A stretch of 64,000 nt of DNA from an uncultured Candidatus Entotheonella sp. (lineage in GTDB: Bacteria > Tectomicrobia > Entotheonellia > Entotheonellales > Entotheonellaceae). The position numbers were made by a program, and so were the translations under genes. Positions within the stretch are counted from its first letter, which is position 1. Each line of letters opens with the position of its first letter. Shown one piece after another: positions 1 through 10,008 of this stretch. The notes beneath the pieces were generated by a model that made no database searches, was not told where the DNA came from, and saw only the letters and a program-made list of their open reading frames with translations. Where the stretch lies: contig OZ244252.1 in the NCBI GenBank assembly GCA_965217185.1, forward strand, positions 1,664,001 through 1,728,000. The letters run 5' to 3'.

Positions 1-38
1 GACCCCACCGCCATGCCTTACACGAAGGAACGACTCCC

Positions 39-836
39 ATGATTATGACCAACACGCTGCGCGAGAAACTGGACGCCGGCAAACCCACCATCGGCACGCA
101 TTACCTGTCGTCTGACCCCGACCTGGCCGAAATCATCGGCGACACCGGCCTGTACGACTACGGCGAATTCTGCGCCGAGTACAGCGCCTTCGACATGCAA
201 CTGCTCTACCACATGGCCCGCGCCGGGCAGTGCGGCAACCTGCCCCTGATGATCAAGCCGGACCAACGCAGCCAAGCGTTCTGGGCCCAGGCCGCCATCG
301 GGGCGGGGTTCAAGGCGGTGTTGTTTACGGACATCCGCACCGTGGAGGACGTGCAGCTTTGCCACCAGGCCATCCGCGCCGACATGCCGGACATCGGCGG
401 GCACATGGGCGTCAAGCTGCGCCGTCCGGCGTTGACGAGCTACAACCCCGACGGCTACCTGGACGACCTGCAATCGGTCGTGTTTCTCATCATGATCGAG
501 AAGGACGTCGCGGTGGATCAATTGGACGCGATTCTGCAGGAATCAAAGGACAAGGGCGTTGACATGAACCAGTGGGGGCCGGCCGACTTCGGCTTCTCGC
601 GGGGCAACCCCAGCCTCATGTTCACGCCGGAGATCCGGCCCTTCGAGGAAATGGTGATCAAGAAATCCATTGAATACGGCGTGCCGCCGCGTATGGAGAT
701 TTCCGACGTGGAGCAGGCCAAGCGCTACGTGCAGTTAGGCGTGCGCCACTTCTGCATCGGCTGGGACCGCTTCATCTATCAGGCGGCGCTGATGAATCTC
801 GGCGAAGGGCTGCGCAAGGTCGTGGAGACGCTCTAA
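39..836 (+). CDS. HpcH/HpaI aldolase/citrate lyase family protein
   Basis: N-terminus LREKLDAGKPTIG; MIE and GPADF metal-binding motifs; AAGGA RBS upstream. Confidence 0.8.
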   Translation: MIMTNTLREKLDAGKPTIGTHYLSSDPDLAEIIGDTGLYDYGEFCAEYSAFDMQLLYHMARAGQCGNLPLMIKPDQRSQAFWAQAAIGAGFKAVLFTDIRTVEDVQLCHQAIRADMPDIGGHMGVKLRRPALTSYNPDGYLDDLQSVVFLIMIEKDVAVDQLDAILQESKDKGVDMNQWGPADFGFSRGNPSLMFTPEIRPFEEMVIKKSIEYGVPPRMEISDVEQAKRYVQLGVRHFCIGWDRFIYQAALMNLGEGLRKVVETL

Positions 837-1711
837 CCGAGGAATTTCGGTTCCGGCAGGCCGCGCATGCCGGGTTCACAAGCGAAGATGCTGCCGGCCT
901 GCGGCTGTCCGGGCTGCAGGGGCGCACTGCCGTCGGAACCGATGCTGGTGATGTACATGATCTCCAGATTTTCGCCCCCGAAGGCGGGCATGGTCGGCTT
1001 CTGCACCGGCAGTTTCAGCGTCCGGTCCACGCTTCCGTCGGGGGCGAAGCGCACCATTTGCCAGCCACCGACGTTTGCTGACCAGTAAAATCCTTCAGCG
1101 TCCACACAACCGCCGTCGGGACGGCCGGGCAGGTCGTGCGTGGTGGCGAACACCCGGCGGTTGCTGAGGGTTCCGTCCTCAGCGTGGAAATCAAACGCCC
1201 AGATGGTCTCCTGCCTCGTGTCCGCGTGATACATCGTGCCGCCGTCGGGGCTGAAGGCCAAGCCGTTGCTGACACCGATGTCGGGCACCATGGTGCGCCA
1301 GTTCAGGTCCGTGTCGAGGCAATACAGCGCCCCGGTACGCTGCGCCGGGTCTTGGGGGTCGCGCATGGTGCCGGCCCAGAATCGTCCATCGGGTCCGCAA
1401 CGTCCGTCGTTAAACCGATTGTCCGGCTTGTCTGCCTCCGGGTCGACAATTGGGGTGAGCGCGGCGGTGTCGAAATCGAGAAAATGGAAGCCTGAGCGCA
1501 GCGCCACCACCAAGCCGCCCTGCTCACGAAGCACGAAGGAACCAACCTGCTCGGGCAATTGGCACACGTCGTTGTCGCCGGTGGCCGGATCGAATCGGTT
1601 GACCGTGTGCCCGTTAATGTTCACCCAATACAACCGTCGCTCTTCCCGGCTCCACGTCGGACCTTCCCCCAACTCGGCCCGTACGTCCAGTACACAACTG
1701 ACATCCGTCAT
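833..1711 (-). CDS. SMP-30/gluconolactonase/LRE family protein
   Basis: LGEGP, NRFNDG, SNGLAFSPDG and PDG motifs; start moved to ATG 1711 behind a GGGAG RBS. Confidence 0.9.
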   Translation of the reverse strand: MTDVSCVLDVRAELGEGPTWSREERRLYWVNINGHTVNRFDPATGDNDVCQLPEQVGSFVLREQGGLVVALRSGFHFLDFDTAALTPIVDPEADKPDNRFNDGRCGPDGRFWAGTMRDPQDPAQRTGALYCLDTDLNWRTMVPDIGVSNGLAFSPDGGTMYHADTRQETIWAFDFHAEDGTLSNRRVFATTHDLPGRPDGGCVDAEGFYWSANVGGWQMVRFAPDGSVDRTLKLPVQKPTMPAFGGENLEIMYITSIGSDGSAPLQPGQPQAGSIFACEPGMRGLPEPKFLG

Positions 1712-1822
1712 GAGGCTCCCCTTTTTCGGCTTGGTTTGATTGGCGCAACGCAACGCGGGAGCATTCTACCTTGGCCCTGCTTCTCGGGTCAAAACACCAG
1801 CAGACAGGCCCCGTGACCGGTG

Positions 1823-1851
1823 TTGACAAAGGTTTGGCGGGCTTATAACGT
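1823..1851 (+). promoter_or_regulatory. putative sigma70 promoter of the TRAP solute-binding gene
   Basis: TTGACA-17 nt-TAACGT (overlapping TATAAC). Confidence 0.45.
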
Positions 1852-1890
1852 GGCACCATCCATTACATGCATCACTCAGGGAGACCATTC

Positions 1891-3024
1891 ATGCACAAGC
1901 TTGCGCTTGGATTCCTCGCGGCATGCGCCGTGACCCTTCTTCCGGCCGTGCCTTTCCCGCAGCACCCCCTGGCGCCCACTGACGCAGAGGCCCAGGGCGA
2001 CACCATCGTATTGAAGATTCAGGCGAGCTTCCCGCCTTCCAGTTTGTTGTTCACCAACATGCAGAAATTCGCCCAGGGCGTCGAGCAGATGTCGGGCGGG
2101 CGCGTGAAGATCGACGGGTTTCCGGCGGGCGCCATCGTTGGCGCCTTCGACGTGGCCGACGCCACGCACCGCGGCGTTCTGGACGGCGCCCATACCTGCA
2201 CGTATTACTTCATGGGCAAGCACATGGCGGCGGCCCTGTTCACCTCGGTACCCGGCGGCCCCTTCGGGATGAGCACCATTGACTTCTGGGGCTGGGAGTT
2301 TCAGGGCGGCGGCTTCCAGCTTTTGAACGAGTTTTACCAAGATGTTCTCGGCATGAACATCGTCGCCTTCCCCGTTTTCCCGACCACACCCCAGTCGCTC
2401 GGCTGGTTCAAAAAACCGCTGAAGAGCGTTGATGATCTCAAGGGCCTCAAATACCGGGTTCCGGGTCTGGCCTCCGAGGTCTACAAGGACATGGGGCTTT
2501 CCGTCGTCACGCTGCCGGGCGGCGAGGTGCTGCCCGCCGGTGAACGCGGCGTGCTGGACGCCACCGAGTGGTACACCCCGGCAGAAGACCTGCGGCAGGG
2601 ATTCGACACGGTGTGGAAATTCTATCATTACCCCGGCGCACACGAGATTGCCGGCTCCTGCGACTTACTGATTAACAAGGAGGTCTGGGACGGCCTATCG
2701 CCGGATATTCAGGCCATCGTCAAGGCGGCGGCCTTCCAGGCAGCGTTCCAGTCGCTGCTGGAGTTCAACCGCATGGACGCCGAGGCGCTGAATACCTTCA
2801 CGGACAAGCGCGGCGTAACGTTGGTCAAAACGCCCGACGACATCCTTCTGGCGCACTTGAAATCGTGGGACAAGATCGCGGAGCGCGAATCCGCCAAGGA
2901 CCCGTTCTTCAAGAAGGTGCTGGATTCCCAGCGGGCCTACGCCGAGCTTGTGGTTCCCGCGCGGCTGTTCATGAGCCCGTATGACACGATCGCCGATTAC
3001 TATTGGGGCGATAAGCAGCCGTAA
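1891..3024 (+). CDS. TRAP transporter substrate-binding protein (DctP/TakP-like)
   Basis: Signal peptide; MSGGR, GLKYRVPG and LPGGEVLPAGERGVLDATEW motifs; start at the second Met after a GGGAG RBS. Confidence 0.88.
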   Translation: MHKLALGFLAACAVTLLPAVPFPQHPLAPTDAEAQGDTIVLKIQASFPPSSLLFTNMQKFAQGVEQMSGGRVKIDGFPAGAIVGAFDVADATHRGVLDGAHTCTYYFMGKHMAAALFTSVPGGPFGMSTIDFWGWEFQGGGFQLLNEFYQDVLGMNIVAFPVFPTTPQSLGWFKKPLKSVDDLKGLKYRVPGLASEVYKDMGLSVVTLPGGEVLPAGERGVLDATEWYTPAEDLRQGFDTVWKFYHYPGAHEIAGSCDLLINKEVWDGLSPDIQAIVKAAAFQAAFQSLLEFNRMDAEALNTFTDKRGVTLVKTPDDILLAHLKSWDKIAERESAKDPFFKKVLDSQRAYAELVVPARLFMSPYDTIADYYWGDKQP

Positions 3025-3048
3025 CGTTAACTCACGCCGGAGAATGAA

Positions 3049-3097
3049 ATATGGCGGCCGGGGTTGTTCAGACGTTTGGCAATTCCGGCCGCCGTAT
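3049..3097. other. long imperfect intergenic inverted repeat (terminator-like or regulatory)
   Basis: ATATGGCGGCCGG...CCGGCCGCCGTAT, extendable with G-U pairs. Confidence 0.55.
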
Positions 3098-3201
3098 GCT
3101 ATATAAACCGCCACGTACACTTCCCGTCCAATGACCTTTCCGTAAGTCGCCGGCCTCTGCTGAGGCTCCGGCGCCAATCCACCAAACTACAGGAGGCACC
3201 C

Positions 3202-5043
3202 ATGTTGTTCCACATCCTTCTCGCCGGCTTGGTGGCACTGCTGACGATGCCGCTGTCGCCTGCTGCAAACACCGCCGAGCGTATCAACCTTGGCCCCGGA
3301 CCGGTCGATTGGCAAGGCGACCTGTCGCCCATCGCGTCGAGCGAGTGGAGCTACGACCGCGCGGCGCACTTGCTGGAGCGCGCCGGTTTCGGCGGTACTC
3401 CGGAGGACATCGAACGGCTGGCCGCCATGACGCCGGATCAGGCGGTGCAGCACCTGGTGCACTACGAATCGATCGACAACGGCCACCTGCAGCCGTTTGA
3501 CGAATCCGGCGTGCACGACCCCGGTCTGGTGCCCTTCCCGCCCAGCCGCCCGGCCACCACTCAGCTCGCCAAGGAGAACGGCGAGGCAATCGGTGTCAAG
3601 GTGAAGGCATCGGGCAATCGGCCCCTGCAGCCGGTGGTCAACAAGTTCTTCTACTGGCTGCGCGCCAGCATGTTGGAAACCCGGCGGGTGTCGTATTGGT
3701 GGGCCAACCGCATGCTCAACACCAATCGCCCGCTCGAAGAGAAGATGGCGCTGTTCTGGCACGGCCACTTCGCCACCAGCGAGGACAAGGTGCGCGACTA
3801 CCGCAAGATGCTGCTGCAGAATGAAACCTTTCGGCGCCACGCTACCGGCAACTTCCGCGACCTCGTGGTGGCCGTGGCACAGGATCCGGCGATGCTCTAC
3901 TTCCTCGACGCCGGGGTCAACATCAAGGGGGCACCGAATGAGAACTTCGCCCGCGAGATCATGGAGCTGTTCACCATGGGGGTGGGCAATTACAGCGAAG
4001 AGGACATCCGCGAGGCGGCGCGGGCCTTCACCGGCTGGAACTCCGATGACCTGACCTTCGTGATCAACGCGGCGCAGCACGACGACGGCCCCAAGAGCTT
4101 CCTGGGCAATGAGGGCAGCTACGACGGCGTGGCGGTCGTCGACCTGATCATGGCGCAGCCCGCCACCGCCGAATTCATGGCCGCCAAGCTCTATCGCTAC
4201 CTAGCGCGGGATGAACTTTCGCCGGACCTGAACGGCGAGTTGGCCGCGATCCTGCGCGACAACAACTACGAGATGAAGCCGCTGTTGCAAACGGTCTTCC
4301 TGTCCAAGGATTTTTACAGCCCCGCCAGCATGGGCACCCATATCAAAAGCCCGACGGAGTTGGTGGTGTCCACTTACAAGAAGCTCGGCGTCGATGACGT
4401 GCCGGGCATTCCCGACTTCAACCTGGTGATCACCGCACTGGGACAGGAACTCTTCTGGCCGCCCACCGTCGCGGGCTGGGCGCACGGGCGCAGTTGGATC
4501 ACGCCCGGCTTACTGCTGGAGCGGGGCAATTTCGCCCGCGCCACGCTCTTCCCGGACATCGACTTCATCCCCCGCGATCGCTACCAAGCCAGCTTGATGC
4601 TGCGCGAGGTGCACGCCCGGATTAAACAGGGTTTCGACATCACCAGCGCCACGCAGCCGGGATACGGCAACGGTGGCATGATGATGGCCGAATCGAACAT
4701 GATGGCCGACCGCGACGAGGACTTCAATACGCGCTATGGCAGCTACCGGGGTTGGCAGATGGCCATCGAGCGGGTGAAGCCGTTGCCGCGCCACACCGCC
4801 CGCCTCGATCTGAGCGCCATGGTCCGGGAAGCGGGGCTGCGCAATACCGAGAAGGTCGTGGACTACTTCCTCGAGCGCTTCATGCGGACGCCGCTCGGAC
4901 AGGCGGAACGAAACCTGCTGGTCACCTTTCTGGAGAGCGAGTTGGGCACTTCCGACATCGGGGAGGCCGAGACTTACCTGGAAGCGCCCTTGCGCATGCT
5001 CCTCCATCTCATTATGAGCCAACCCGAGTACCAACTCGGCTGA
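3202..5043 (+). CDS. DUF1800 domain protein with signal peptide
   Basis: AAHLLERAGFG, LEEKMALFWHGHFATS, PNENFAREIMELFTMG and terminal PEYQL motifs; AGGAGG RBS before ATG 3202. Confidence 0.88.
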   Translation: MLFHILLAGLVALLTMPLSPAANTAERINLGPGPVDWQGDLSPIASSEWSYDRAAHLLERAGFGGTPEDIERLAAMTPDQAVQHLVHYESIDNGHLQPFDESGVHDPGLVPFPPSRPATTQLAKENGEAIGVKVKASGNRPLQPVVNKFFYWLRASMLETRRVSYWWANRMLNTNRPLEEKMALFWHGHFATSEDKVRDYRKMLLQNETFRRHATGNFRDLVVAVAQDPAMLYFLDAGVNIKGAPNENFAREIMELFTMGVGNYSEEDIREAARAFTGWNSDDLTFVINAAQHDDGPKSFLGNEGSYDGVAVVDLIMAQPATAEFMAAKLYRYLARDELSPDLNGELAAILRDNNYEMKPLLQTVFLSKDFYSPASMGTHIKSPTELVVSTYKKLGVDDVPGIPDFNLVITALGQELFWPPTVAGWAHGRSWITPGLLLERGNFARATLFPDIDFIPRDRYQASLMLREVHARIKQGFDITSATQPGYGNGGMMMAESNMMADRDEDFNTRYGSYRGWQMAIERVKPLPRHTARLDLSAMVREAGLRNTEKVVDYFLERFMRTPLGQAERNLLVTFLESELGTSDIGEAETYLEAPLRMLLHLIMSQPEYQLG

Positions 5044-5073
5044 TCCCCGCATTTTCAACAAGGAGAGTTCGTC

Positions 5074-6324
5074 ATGAGGAATAAGTATTCGGCATTGCAG
5101 GACCTGACCCGGCGCGACGCCCTGAAGACCGGCTTATTCGGTATGGGCGCGGCGGGTGCCCTCGGGCTGCCACCCTTCTTTTCGCGAGCCGCCGATGCCA
5201 TGGTGAAGCGAATCGGCGACGGCCATAACGAAAACCGCATCCTGGTGGTCCTGGAGTTGTCTGGCGGCAACGACGGGCTGAACACGCTCGTTCCCTACGG
5301 CAACGATGCGTACTACCGCCAGCGCCCGACCATCGGCATCAAGCCGGAGAAGGTACTCAAAATCGACGACCACTTTGGTTTCAATCCGGGCCTGGTGGGA
5401 TTCGAGCGGCTCTACAAGGATGGCAAGATGGCCGTGGTTCACGGCTGCGGCTACGACAATCCGTCGTTTTCGCACTTCACGTCCATGGCCTACTGGCACA
5501 CCGCAGCACCGAACAGCGGCGAGGAGTACGGCTGGCTGGGGCGCTTGGCGGACGCCGTCAAGCCGGGCGGCGCGTCGAACTACATTGTGAACATCGACGC
5601 CACCCAATCCCTGGCGGTGCGCAGCCGCGACCACGTGCCGGTGGTTTTCGACGCGCCGGACAAATTCGCCCGCGAGGGTTTCCATTCGCAACAGCCGTTA
5701 TTCCAGCACGTCGCCGATTCCAACGGCGCGGGCAATCCGTCACGGGACTACTTGCTTAACATTGCCCAGAGCGCCCTCGACGCCTCGGCGCTGGTGCGGC
5801 AGGCCTGGACTGATTACAGTTCGCCGATCGACTACGGCATCGTGCCGCTTGACTTGCCCAAGATTGCGGCGCTGATCAACGCCGACATGCCGACGCGGCT
5901 GTATTACACCACCTTCCGCAACAACGCCTTCGACACCCACGTGCACCAAGGCAACCTGCACCAGCGGCTGCTCACATACGCCGCCGACGCCGTCGCCGGT
6001 TTCATGGCGGATATGGAACGCATCGGCCGTGCCGATGACGTGGTCATGCTGCTGTTTTCCGAGTTTGGCCGCCGGGTGCCCGAAAACACCAGCCTCGGCA
6101 CCGACCACGGCGCCGCTGGCCTCATGTTCATGATCGGCAAACCCGTCAAGGGCGGCCATTACGGCCAGCTCCCCAGCCTTACGGAACTGGATCCCGGCGA
6201 CAATCTCATCTACACCACCGACTTCCGCCGCGTCTACGCCACAGCCATCGACGGCTGGCTCGGCTACGAAGACGCCCACACTCTCCTGGACGGCGATTTC
6301 AAGCCGTTCGACATGTTCGCGTAG
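5074..6324 (+). CDS. DUF1501 domain protein, Tat-exported
   Basis: TRRDALK twin-arginine signal; LSGGNDGLN, SHF, FDTH, SEFGRR and GTDHG motifs. Confidence 0.9.
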   Translation: MRNKYSALQDLTRRDALKTGLFGMGAAGALGLPPFFSRAADAMVKRIGDGHNENRILVVLELSGGNDGLNTLVPYGNDAYYRQRPTIGIKPEKVLKIDDHFGFNPGLVGFERLYKDGKMAVVHGCGYDNPSFSHFTSMAYWHTAAPNSGEEYGWLGRLADAVKPGGASNYIVNIDATQSLAVRSRDHVPVVFDAPDKFAREGFHSQQPLFQHVADSNGAGNPSRDYLLNIAQSALDASALVRQAWTDYSSPIDYGIVPLDLPKIAALINADMPTRLYYTTFRNNAFDTHVHQGNLHQRLLTYAADAVAGFMADMERIGRADDVVMLLFSEFGRRVPENTSLGTDHGAAGLMFMIGKPVKGGHYGQLPSLTELDPGDNLIYTTDFRRVYATAIDGWLGYEDAHTLLDGDFKPFDMFA

Positions 6325-6355
6325 TTCGCGTAGCGGGTAATACCGCAGCCTCACA

Positions 6356-6398
6356 AGCCACCACCCCGGCAGCCTCAGGGTTACCGGGGTGGTGGTTT
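6356..6398 (+). terminator. GC-rich hairpin, probable intrinsic terminator after the DUF1501 gene
   Basis: AAGCCACCACCCCGG...CCGGGGTGGTGGTTT inverted repeat. Confidence 0.65.
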
Positions 6399-6469
6399 GT
6401 AACGCACCGACAGACGACCAGAAAATCAAGGGCAGCAAACCCAACCCCAGAGCGTTTCCGCATCAAGCT

Positions 6470-6499
6470 GCAGGCCGAATTAACGACGCGTAATCCGAT
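6470..6499 (+). repeat. degenerate GTAG-type REP-like element
   Basis: GCAGGCCGAATTAACGACGCGTAATCCGAT, 22/30 identical to the element at 11418-11447. Confidence 0.55.
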
Positions 6500-6591
6500 A
6501 TTCCACTGCGCGCCGCAAACTTCGGTTCACCCAGCCCTGCTTGAAGCCGCCAGTCCATACATCGTCCAATGCAACCTGGAAATGCCCTGAA

Positions 6592-7284
6592 TTACTGCCG
6601 CGCCAACGTCAAAGAGAGGTCGACGATGGCGAAATCGGCAGTGGCGAATCCGGGGACGGGGTTGCCATCCATGGTCATCTGGATGTTGGGAAACGGCGTC
6701 TGGTGGAAGGCCAGGCAGACGCGTTCAATGCCGGAAACAATGAGTTGGGCAAGGGGTGAGTCGCCGGCGTGCATATAGTGGGCGCCGGCGCTGGTGATCA
6801 TCACCCGGTCGTCTGACGTGGCGACGCGCACCTTGATCGTGCGATCCTCGGAAAGACCCATGGCCTCGATCCGAACGGCAAGATCGACGGCCTGCATCGG
6901 GTCGGATGAGGCGGGATCATAACCGGTCAGACTCAGGGGTGAGATGGTCCACGAGGTGAACTGGTTGACCAGGAAGGCGCCTTGGCGGATGTTGGCGTCG
7001 CGGGCGGGGTTGCCGGTGTTGAACGACGTGATGTCCAAGACCAGGGAGCCGCTGATTGCACCGGTCGCCGGATCGAACTCGACCTGACCGGGCTGGATGT
7101 TGATGGCGCCGCGCACCGGGACGCCCATGCGGGCCGTGGGTTTCATCTTGAAGCCGGTGGCGCCGACCTCGCCGCTGACGACCCGCAGGGTTTCAGCAAA
7201 GCCGGGGGCAGTCCCGACGCCAACCAACAGAGCCATCGCCAAGACCGCTCCAGCAACGCGGCTTCCCAGGGTATTCCTACTCAT
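6592..7284 (-). CDS. YceI-like secreted lipid/polyisoprenoid-binding protein
   Basis: Signal peptide; DITSFNTGNPARDANIR matches the YceI signature. Confidence 0.7.
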   Translation of the reverse strand: MSRNTLGSRVAGAVLAMALLVGVGTAPGFAETLRVVSGEVGATGFKMKPTARMGVPVRGAINIQPGQVEFDPATGAISGSLVLDITSFNTGNPARDANIRQGAFLVNQFTSWTISPLSLTGYDPASSDPMQAVDLAVRIEAMGLSEDRTIKVRVATSDDRVMITSAGAHYMHAGDSPLAQLIVSGIERVCLAFHQTPFPNIQMTMDGNPVPGFATADFAIVDLSLTLARQ

Positions 7285-7308
7285 AACTTCGCTCCTCGTA
7301 GTATTTGT

Positions 7309-7773
7309 TTACTCAATCGTTATCGTCTCGATCTTCATGTCTTCGCGGGGTCGGTCTCCGCCGTCCGTTTCCACCTGGCCGGCGGCGCTAACCACATCCA
7401 TCCCCTCCACAACTTTGCCAAACACGGCATGCCGCCCGTCCAGCCAGTGGGTGGCTGCAAGCGTGATGAAGAACTGCGAGCCGCCCGTGTTCGGTCCGGC
7501 GTTGGCCATGGAGAGGACACCAGGAACGTCGTGCTTCAGCTCGGGGTGAAATTCGTCGTCGATGGTATAACCGGGGCCGCCCATTCCTGTGCCTTGCGGA
7601 CAGCCGCCTTGGATCATGAAACCGCTGATGATGCGGTGAAAGATGAGGCCGTTGTAGAAGCCAGACTCAACCAATTTGATGAAATTGTCCGTCGTCTTGG
7701 GTGCCTTGCCCTCGCTCAGTTCTATCCGAAATACACCCTCGGACGTCGTGAAGCGTGCGTGTCGGTTTGCCAT
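7309..7773 (-). CDS. cyclophilin-type peptidyl-prolyl cis-trans isomerase
   Basis: FHRIISGFMIQGG, LSMANAGPNTGGSQFFIT and WLDGRHAVFG motifs. Confidence 0.96.
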   Translation of the reverse strand: MANRHARFTTSEGVFRIELSEGKAPKTTDNFIKLVESGFYNGLIFHRIISGFMIQGGCPQGTGMGGPGYTIDDEFHPELKHDVPGVLSMANAGPNTGGSQFFITLAATHWLDGRHAVFGKVVEGMDVVSAAGQVETDGGDRPREDMKIETITIE

Positions 7774-7976
7774 GATCTCCTCGTGGCTCTCGCCTGTGAT
7801 TGGGTTGCGCGGGACGGTGAAAGGTCAGATTATACGTCGAAGCACGGCCATGATCTAACGCGCTTCGCATCCACGCTGCCCGGACAGTATGTTATCATAA
7901 CGCTCTCCGGCGGAGGTTTTTCTCTTCCCTCTCCATACCCTGGGAGACATAGAAAGAAAGGAAAAAGGAGGCCCGC

Positions 7977-8882
7977 ATGCAGGTTGAAGATATTTTGGCC
8001 CACCCACCCAAGGTGCTGACGCAGGAGCAACGAGAATTCTATTTCCAGAACGGTTATCTGGTCGTCGAAAACTTTCTCTCCGAGGCATGGCTGGATCGCC
8101 TGTGGCAAGTCACCAACGACTTCATCGAACAAAGCCGCTCGCGCACCGAGTCGGACAGCGTCTTCGATCTCGAACACGGTCACAGCGGGGATAATCCTCG
8201 CCTTCGCCGCCTGTCCTTCCCCACCGAACAGCACCCCCTTTACCGGGATTTCGCGGCCAATGGACCCATCGTTGACGCAGCCGAAGACCTCGTCGGACCC
8301 GACGTAAAATTCCATCACTCCAAGCTCAATTTCAAATGGGCCGACGGCGGCGAGGAAGTGAGATGGCATCAAGACATCCAGTTCTGGCCGCACACCAACT
8401 ACTCGCCGCTCACCATCGGCGTGTACATGGACGACGTGGACGACGAAATGGGTCCCATGGGCGTCATCCCCGGCAGTCACAACGGAGAACTCTTCGACCT
8501 CTATGGCGACGACGGACAATGGACCGGCGCTATCAAGGACCGCGACCTGCCGCGCGTCGATCTGGACAAAACCGTGTATTTGCAAGGCCCGCGCGGCTCG
8601 ATCACCATCCACAACTGCCGCACCATCCACGGCTCCATGCCGAACCTCTCGCACCGCTCGCGTCCCCTCCTCCTTCACACGTATGCCTCGGCGGACGCTC
8701 TGCACATCACCAACCTCACCGACCGGTTCCAGTTTTCCAACGTCATCGTGCGCGGCCAGCCCGCCAGATGGATCCATTTCGACCCGCGACCCTGTTTGAT
8801 ACCGCCGGATTGGTCGAAGGGTTACTCGTCCATCTTCGCACTGCAACAGGAAGAGGAAGCGGCCGGCCAGCCCAGCATGTAG
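7977..8882 (+). CDS. phytanoyl-CoA dioxygenase (PhyH) family Fe(II)/2-oxoglutarate oxygenase
   Basis: WHQD (HxD), GVIPGSH and HGSMPN...R motifs. Confidence 0.9.
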   Translation: MQVEDILAHPPKVLTQEQREFYFQNGYLVVENFLSEAWLDRLWQVTNDFIEQSRSRTESDSVFDLEHGHSGDNPRLRRLSFPTEQHPLYRDFAANGPIVDAAEDLVGPDVKFHHSKLNFKWADGGEEVRWHQDIQFWPHTNYSPLTIGVYMDDVDDEMGPMGVIPGSHNGELFDLYGDDGQWTGAIKDRDLPRVDLDKTVYLQGPRGSITIHNCRTIHGSMPNLSHRSRPLLLHTYASADALHITNLTDRFQFSNVIVRGQPARWIHFDPRPCLIPPDWSKGYSSIFALQQEEEAAGQPSM

Positions 8883-8932
8883 CTGGGTACCAACTCGCAA
8901 CTTCACCCATCATCGACGTAAGGGGCACGGGC

Positions 8933-9976
8933 ATGACGAAACGCATCGCATTCATGGGCGCAGGGGCCGTGGGCGGCTACGTCGGCGGGCACATGGCACG
9001 GGCCGGCCTGGACGTCACCCTCATCGATCCCTGGCCGGATCACATCGAAGCCATCAAGCGCGACGGCCTTCACCTGAGCGGCACGCAGGGCGACCACACC
9101 GTGCACCCCAAGGCGCTGCATTTGCACGAGGTGCAGAGCCTGTTCAAGGATCCGGTGGACATCGCCTTCATTTGCACGAAATCGTATGACACCGAATGGG
9201 CCACCACGATGATCGCTCAATACCTGAAGCCGCACGGCGTCGTGGTATCGCTGCAAAACAGCATCAACGAAGAGCGCATCGCCGGGATTGTCGGCTGGGG
9301 CAAGGTGGTTGGCTGCATCGCCAGCACGATTGGCGTCGACGCCTTCAAGGCCGGGCACGTGATGCGCACCCTGCAGCCCGGCGGCGCCTCGTACACCGTG
9401 TTTCGCGTCGGCGAGCCGCACGGCCGAGTTACGCCGCGCGTGCAGGAATTGGCGGACATGCTCAGCAACGTGGACAGCGCCAAAGTCACCACTAACCTGT
9501 GGGGCGAACGGTGGTCCAAGCTGACCATCAACGGCATGGGCAACGGCATTTCAGCGGCCACCGGCATGAACAGCCTGGCGATGACCGAACAGGAGGTGAC
9601 CCGCCGCCTGTCGATCCGCCTGGCAGGTGAGGCCGTGCGCGTCGGTCAGGCGCTGGGCTACGAATTGGAAAGCATCCGCGGCTTGCCGCCCGAAAAATGG
9701 GTGGACGCGGGCGCGGGCAACCCTGCAGCCCTGGAAGAAATCGAAGGCGCCATGCTGGCCGGTATGAAACGCATGACCGAATCGGGGCGGCCGTCCACCG
9801 GGCAGGACATCGTCAAGGGCCGGCGCACCGAGATCGCCTTCATCAACGGATTGGTGGCCGCCAAGGGCGAGGAAATCGGTATCCCGGCGCCTGCACACGC
9901 GGCCCTGACGGAGGTGGTAAAGGGCGTCGAGCGCGGTGATATGGCGCCCGATCCGGCCAACGTTGCGACAATCTGA
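8933..9976 (+). CDS. ketopantoate reductase family (PanE/ApbA-like) oxidoreductase
   Basis: GAGAVGG, TKSYD, SLQN, WSKL and RTEI motifs; real start is ATG 8933 inside the longer ORF. Confidence 0.85.
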   Translation: MTKRIAFMGAGAVGGYVGGHMARAGLDVTLIDPWPDHIEAIKRDGLHLSGTQGDHTVHPKALHLHEVQSLFKDPVDIAFICTKSYDTEWATTMIAQYLKPHGVVVSLQNSINEERIAGIVGWGKVVGCIASTIGVDAFKAGHVMRTLQPGGASYTVFRVGEPHGRVTPRVQELADMLSNVDSAKVTTNLWGERWSKLTINGMGNGISAATGMNSLAMTEQEVTRRLSIRLAGEAVRVGQALGYELESIRGLPPEKWVDAGAGNPAALEEIEGAMLAGMKRMTESGRPSTGQDIVKGRRTEIAFINGLVAAKGEEIGIPAPAHAALTEVVKGVERGDMAPDPANVATI

Positions 9977-10008
9977 CCGCTCGCAGTGCGGTCTAAGGAG
10001 TGAGCACC

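Noticed and set aside
6315..6333. 9-bp tandem duplication GTTCGCGTA at the DUF1501 stop codon
   Set aside because: Only two units and no associated element; likely slippage or chance
7915..7972. Pyrimidine tract followed by a purine tract upstream of the PhyH gene
   Set aside because: Pairing is imperfect and low-complexity; not enough support for a regulatory RNA
8336..8932. Long N-terminal extensions on ORFs 8336-9976, 42126-43226, 28652-30583 and 26074-28293
   Set aside because: They overlap real upstream genes or promoters; downstream starts have an RBS or coupling and match family N-termini
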